Assembly (NCBI RefSeq): GCF_038025025.1
Contig: NW_027117338.1
Location: forward strand, 3,162,001 to 3,226,000
DNA length: 64,000 nucleotides
Direction: 5' to 3'
Source: Phyllosticta citribraziliensis
Lineage: Eukaryota
Below the pieces are notes generated by a model that was given only the letters and a program-made list of their open reading frames with translations, was not told where the DNA came from and searched no databases. Position numbers and translations under genes: made by a program. Positions 62,219-64,000 of the stretch are shown piece after piece. Position 1 is the stretch's first letter. The number at the start of each line of letters is the position of its first letter.

Positions 62219-63518
62219 TTACTCCGTGGTCGTCTCCGTGGTCGTCTCCGTCGTCGTCTCCGTCCTCTTCTTTTTGATGCCCTCGTCAACCCACTCGCAC
62301 GCGCGCCACCCCCTGACGGCCCAATTCTCCTCCAAGGTCTGGCCAGGCGAGAGGTTCTCTCCGATCGACTTGACATTCTCTTTGATCAGGGCGTCGCACT
62401 CTTCGAGCGTCTGTGCCGCGAGCTGCGGCTGCGGCATCTTGTCAGACGGGACGAGGAGGCGCTGAGCAAGGGCAACGGCATGGTGGACGGGGATGACGCG
62501 CATGAGGCGATGCTCGGCGACCTTGAGGCGCTCGTAGCGGACCTTGATCACCTCCGTCGACGACGGCTTCTGCACAGCGCCGCCGTAGATTTTGATGTTG
62601 TTCAGCAGGCGCTCGGCGCCCTGGCGCAGCTCGTCCAGCGCCTTTTCGCGCTCCTCTGGGATCTTTGGCGCGTAGCGGATGTGATGGACGGCCAGCAGCT
62701 CGAGGGGCGCGGCGATGGTGAGCGGCAGCGTGCGCAGGTCGCCGGGCTTGACGGCGCGCTCGCCGCCCGCGTGCTCCGGCGCCTCGAGATAATCGGCCAC
62801 CTGGCGGACGCCGGTGAGGGCGCGCATGAGGGCGCGGCGCGACCAGCGCCCGGCGACGGCCAACTCTCGCAGGCCCCACAGCAGCGTCGACAGCAGCTCC
62901 TCCGTCTGGATGCGGATGCCCGTCTCGTGCGCGCGCTCCACCATGCGCAGCACGGCGTCTTGGTGGCCCTGGAACCATGCCTTGCGCACCACGCTGAGCA
63001 CCTGGCTGGGCGACAGCTTGATTCCCGCCTTTTGGTAGCCCACGAGCAGCCGCTCCACGTTGGCCCAGTCGCTCGGCGTCTGTGCCAGCGTTATCACGCT
63101 CTTGAGCGTCCCCCATTCCGATGGATGGTCCTTTTGCGGGTCGAGCGGCTGCAGTCGGACGTCGGTGCCGCCAATGTGTGCGACTACGGGCTCTTCTTCG
63201 TTTTCGAAGAGCTTTCGGTGTTTTGAGCCATAGACGATTCTGGTTTCCCGCGGCGTCAGATGCTTGGGGATGATGATGCGGTCGCGCGCGATTTGGAGTT
63301 TAGTGTCCAGTTCGTCACTCGAAGACCGGTCGAATTCGGGAATAGCTGGTAGTCATTCGTTAGCCGTGCTCCCAGGACGTGATTTATCATTTCGTGGTTC
63401 ACCGAGAGGGTTGGTGAAATTGGGTTGGCATACTGGCTGGGCGAGCAGCAGTGCTGCTAAAGGTTCGCCGAGTCCATTGTGACAGGGCCGTGCGGCCGAA
63501 TCTTGCTGAAATCCTCAT
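62219..63518 (-). CDS. Conserved-looking helical mitochondrial protein of unknown function
   Basis: Presequence MRISARFGRTALSQWTRRTFSSTAARPA; intron 63346-63433 (GTATGC...CTAAC...CAG) restores frame into TIPEFDRSSSDELD...IIIPKHL...DWANVERLLVGYQKAG. Ends in ETTT repeats. Confidence 0.75.
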
Positions 63519-63809
63519 GTCGAGGTTGTGCGGGTCCTCAATGATAGATTTCCGGAGAGCGAGGTCAGTTCAAGTCGTCCGCGAGCTTTCGGCGGAGCGC
63601 CCGGTTGCCGCAGTTTTTCCGGCAGCACTTCATGCCTCAGGCCTTTATTCGGTTCCGTCAAAACCTCAATCATGGCACGCACTGCATGACAAGATATTGA
63701 AATTGCTAGTTGCATGTCATGTACTTAGAAAAGTCCTTCTTCTACCCAAGGTAGCTACCGCCTGCAAAGCTACAATTACAAGATTCCGCCCCCTTGATTG
63801 ACCCTCCAT

Positions 63810-64000
63810 CTAAACCGTCTCCCTAAACTCCAAGTCGACCCTTTCATAGTGGTCCAGGAAGCCCTGGAAGATAGCAACCCCGAGTCCAGGGTCCAAGCTA
63901 CCCGTGGTGGCGCGGATGCTGTGCATGCTCAGCTGCGGGATACCAGCGTCAATGGCTCTGATGCCAGTGGCGGCGCTGAGCATGGGCCCAACGGTGCCGC
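63810..64000 (-). CDS. 3' end of M18-family aminopeptidase (vacuolar aminopeptidase I / aspartyl aminopeptidase-like), truncated by window edge
   Basis: Minus-strand frame GTVGPMLSAATGIRAIDAGIPQLSMHSIRATTGSLDPGLGVAIFQGFLDHYERVDLEFRETV*; LSMHSIR is the M18 C-terminal motif. Confidence 0.88.
   Translation of the reverse strand, partial: GTVGPMLSAATGIRAIDAGIPQLSMHSIRATTGSLDPGLGVAIFQGFLDHYERVDLEFRETV

Overview
Gene-dense euchromatic segment of a filamentous ascomycete genome (Pezizomycotina, probably Dothideomycete-like, inferred from short GT-AG introns with CTRAC branch sites, GC-rich codons and microsatellite-rich intergenic DNA). About 22 protein-coding genes can be supported. Most are housekeeping genes: NADH pyrophosphatase, pICln/Lot5, an SDR polyol reductase, Mim1, Shp1/p47, Ura4, Oxa1, a KDM5/Jhd2 demethylase, Slx1, Cdc8, Spc3, Opi1-like factor, seryl-tRNA synthetase and a partial M18 aminopeptidase. 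Also present are a SAYSvFN-domain protein, a VOC dioxygenase, a multicopper oxidase, a PDR ABC transporter and several orphan ORFs. The most notable non-routine signals are: (1) a ~180-nt, highly structured, non-tRNA RNA gene candidate with a complete Pol III architecture (TATA, A box, B box, oligo-T) at ~40566-40781 on the minus strand; (2) an aberrant tRNA-Gly-like gene 2.5 kb away; (3) a SAYSD1-like gene head-to-head with SPC3 in a kingdom that mostly lacks UFMylation; and (4) an orphan 756-aa membrane/coiled-coil protein with a repeated PATVSSGxxLP motif, lying in a ~7 kb low-complexity island. No intact transposon, CRISPR array or rRNA was seen. All assignments come from recognising motifs by eye, not from database searches.
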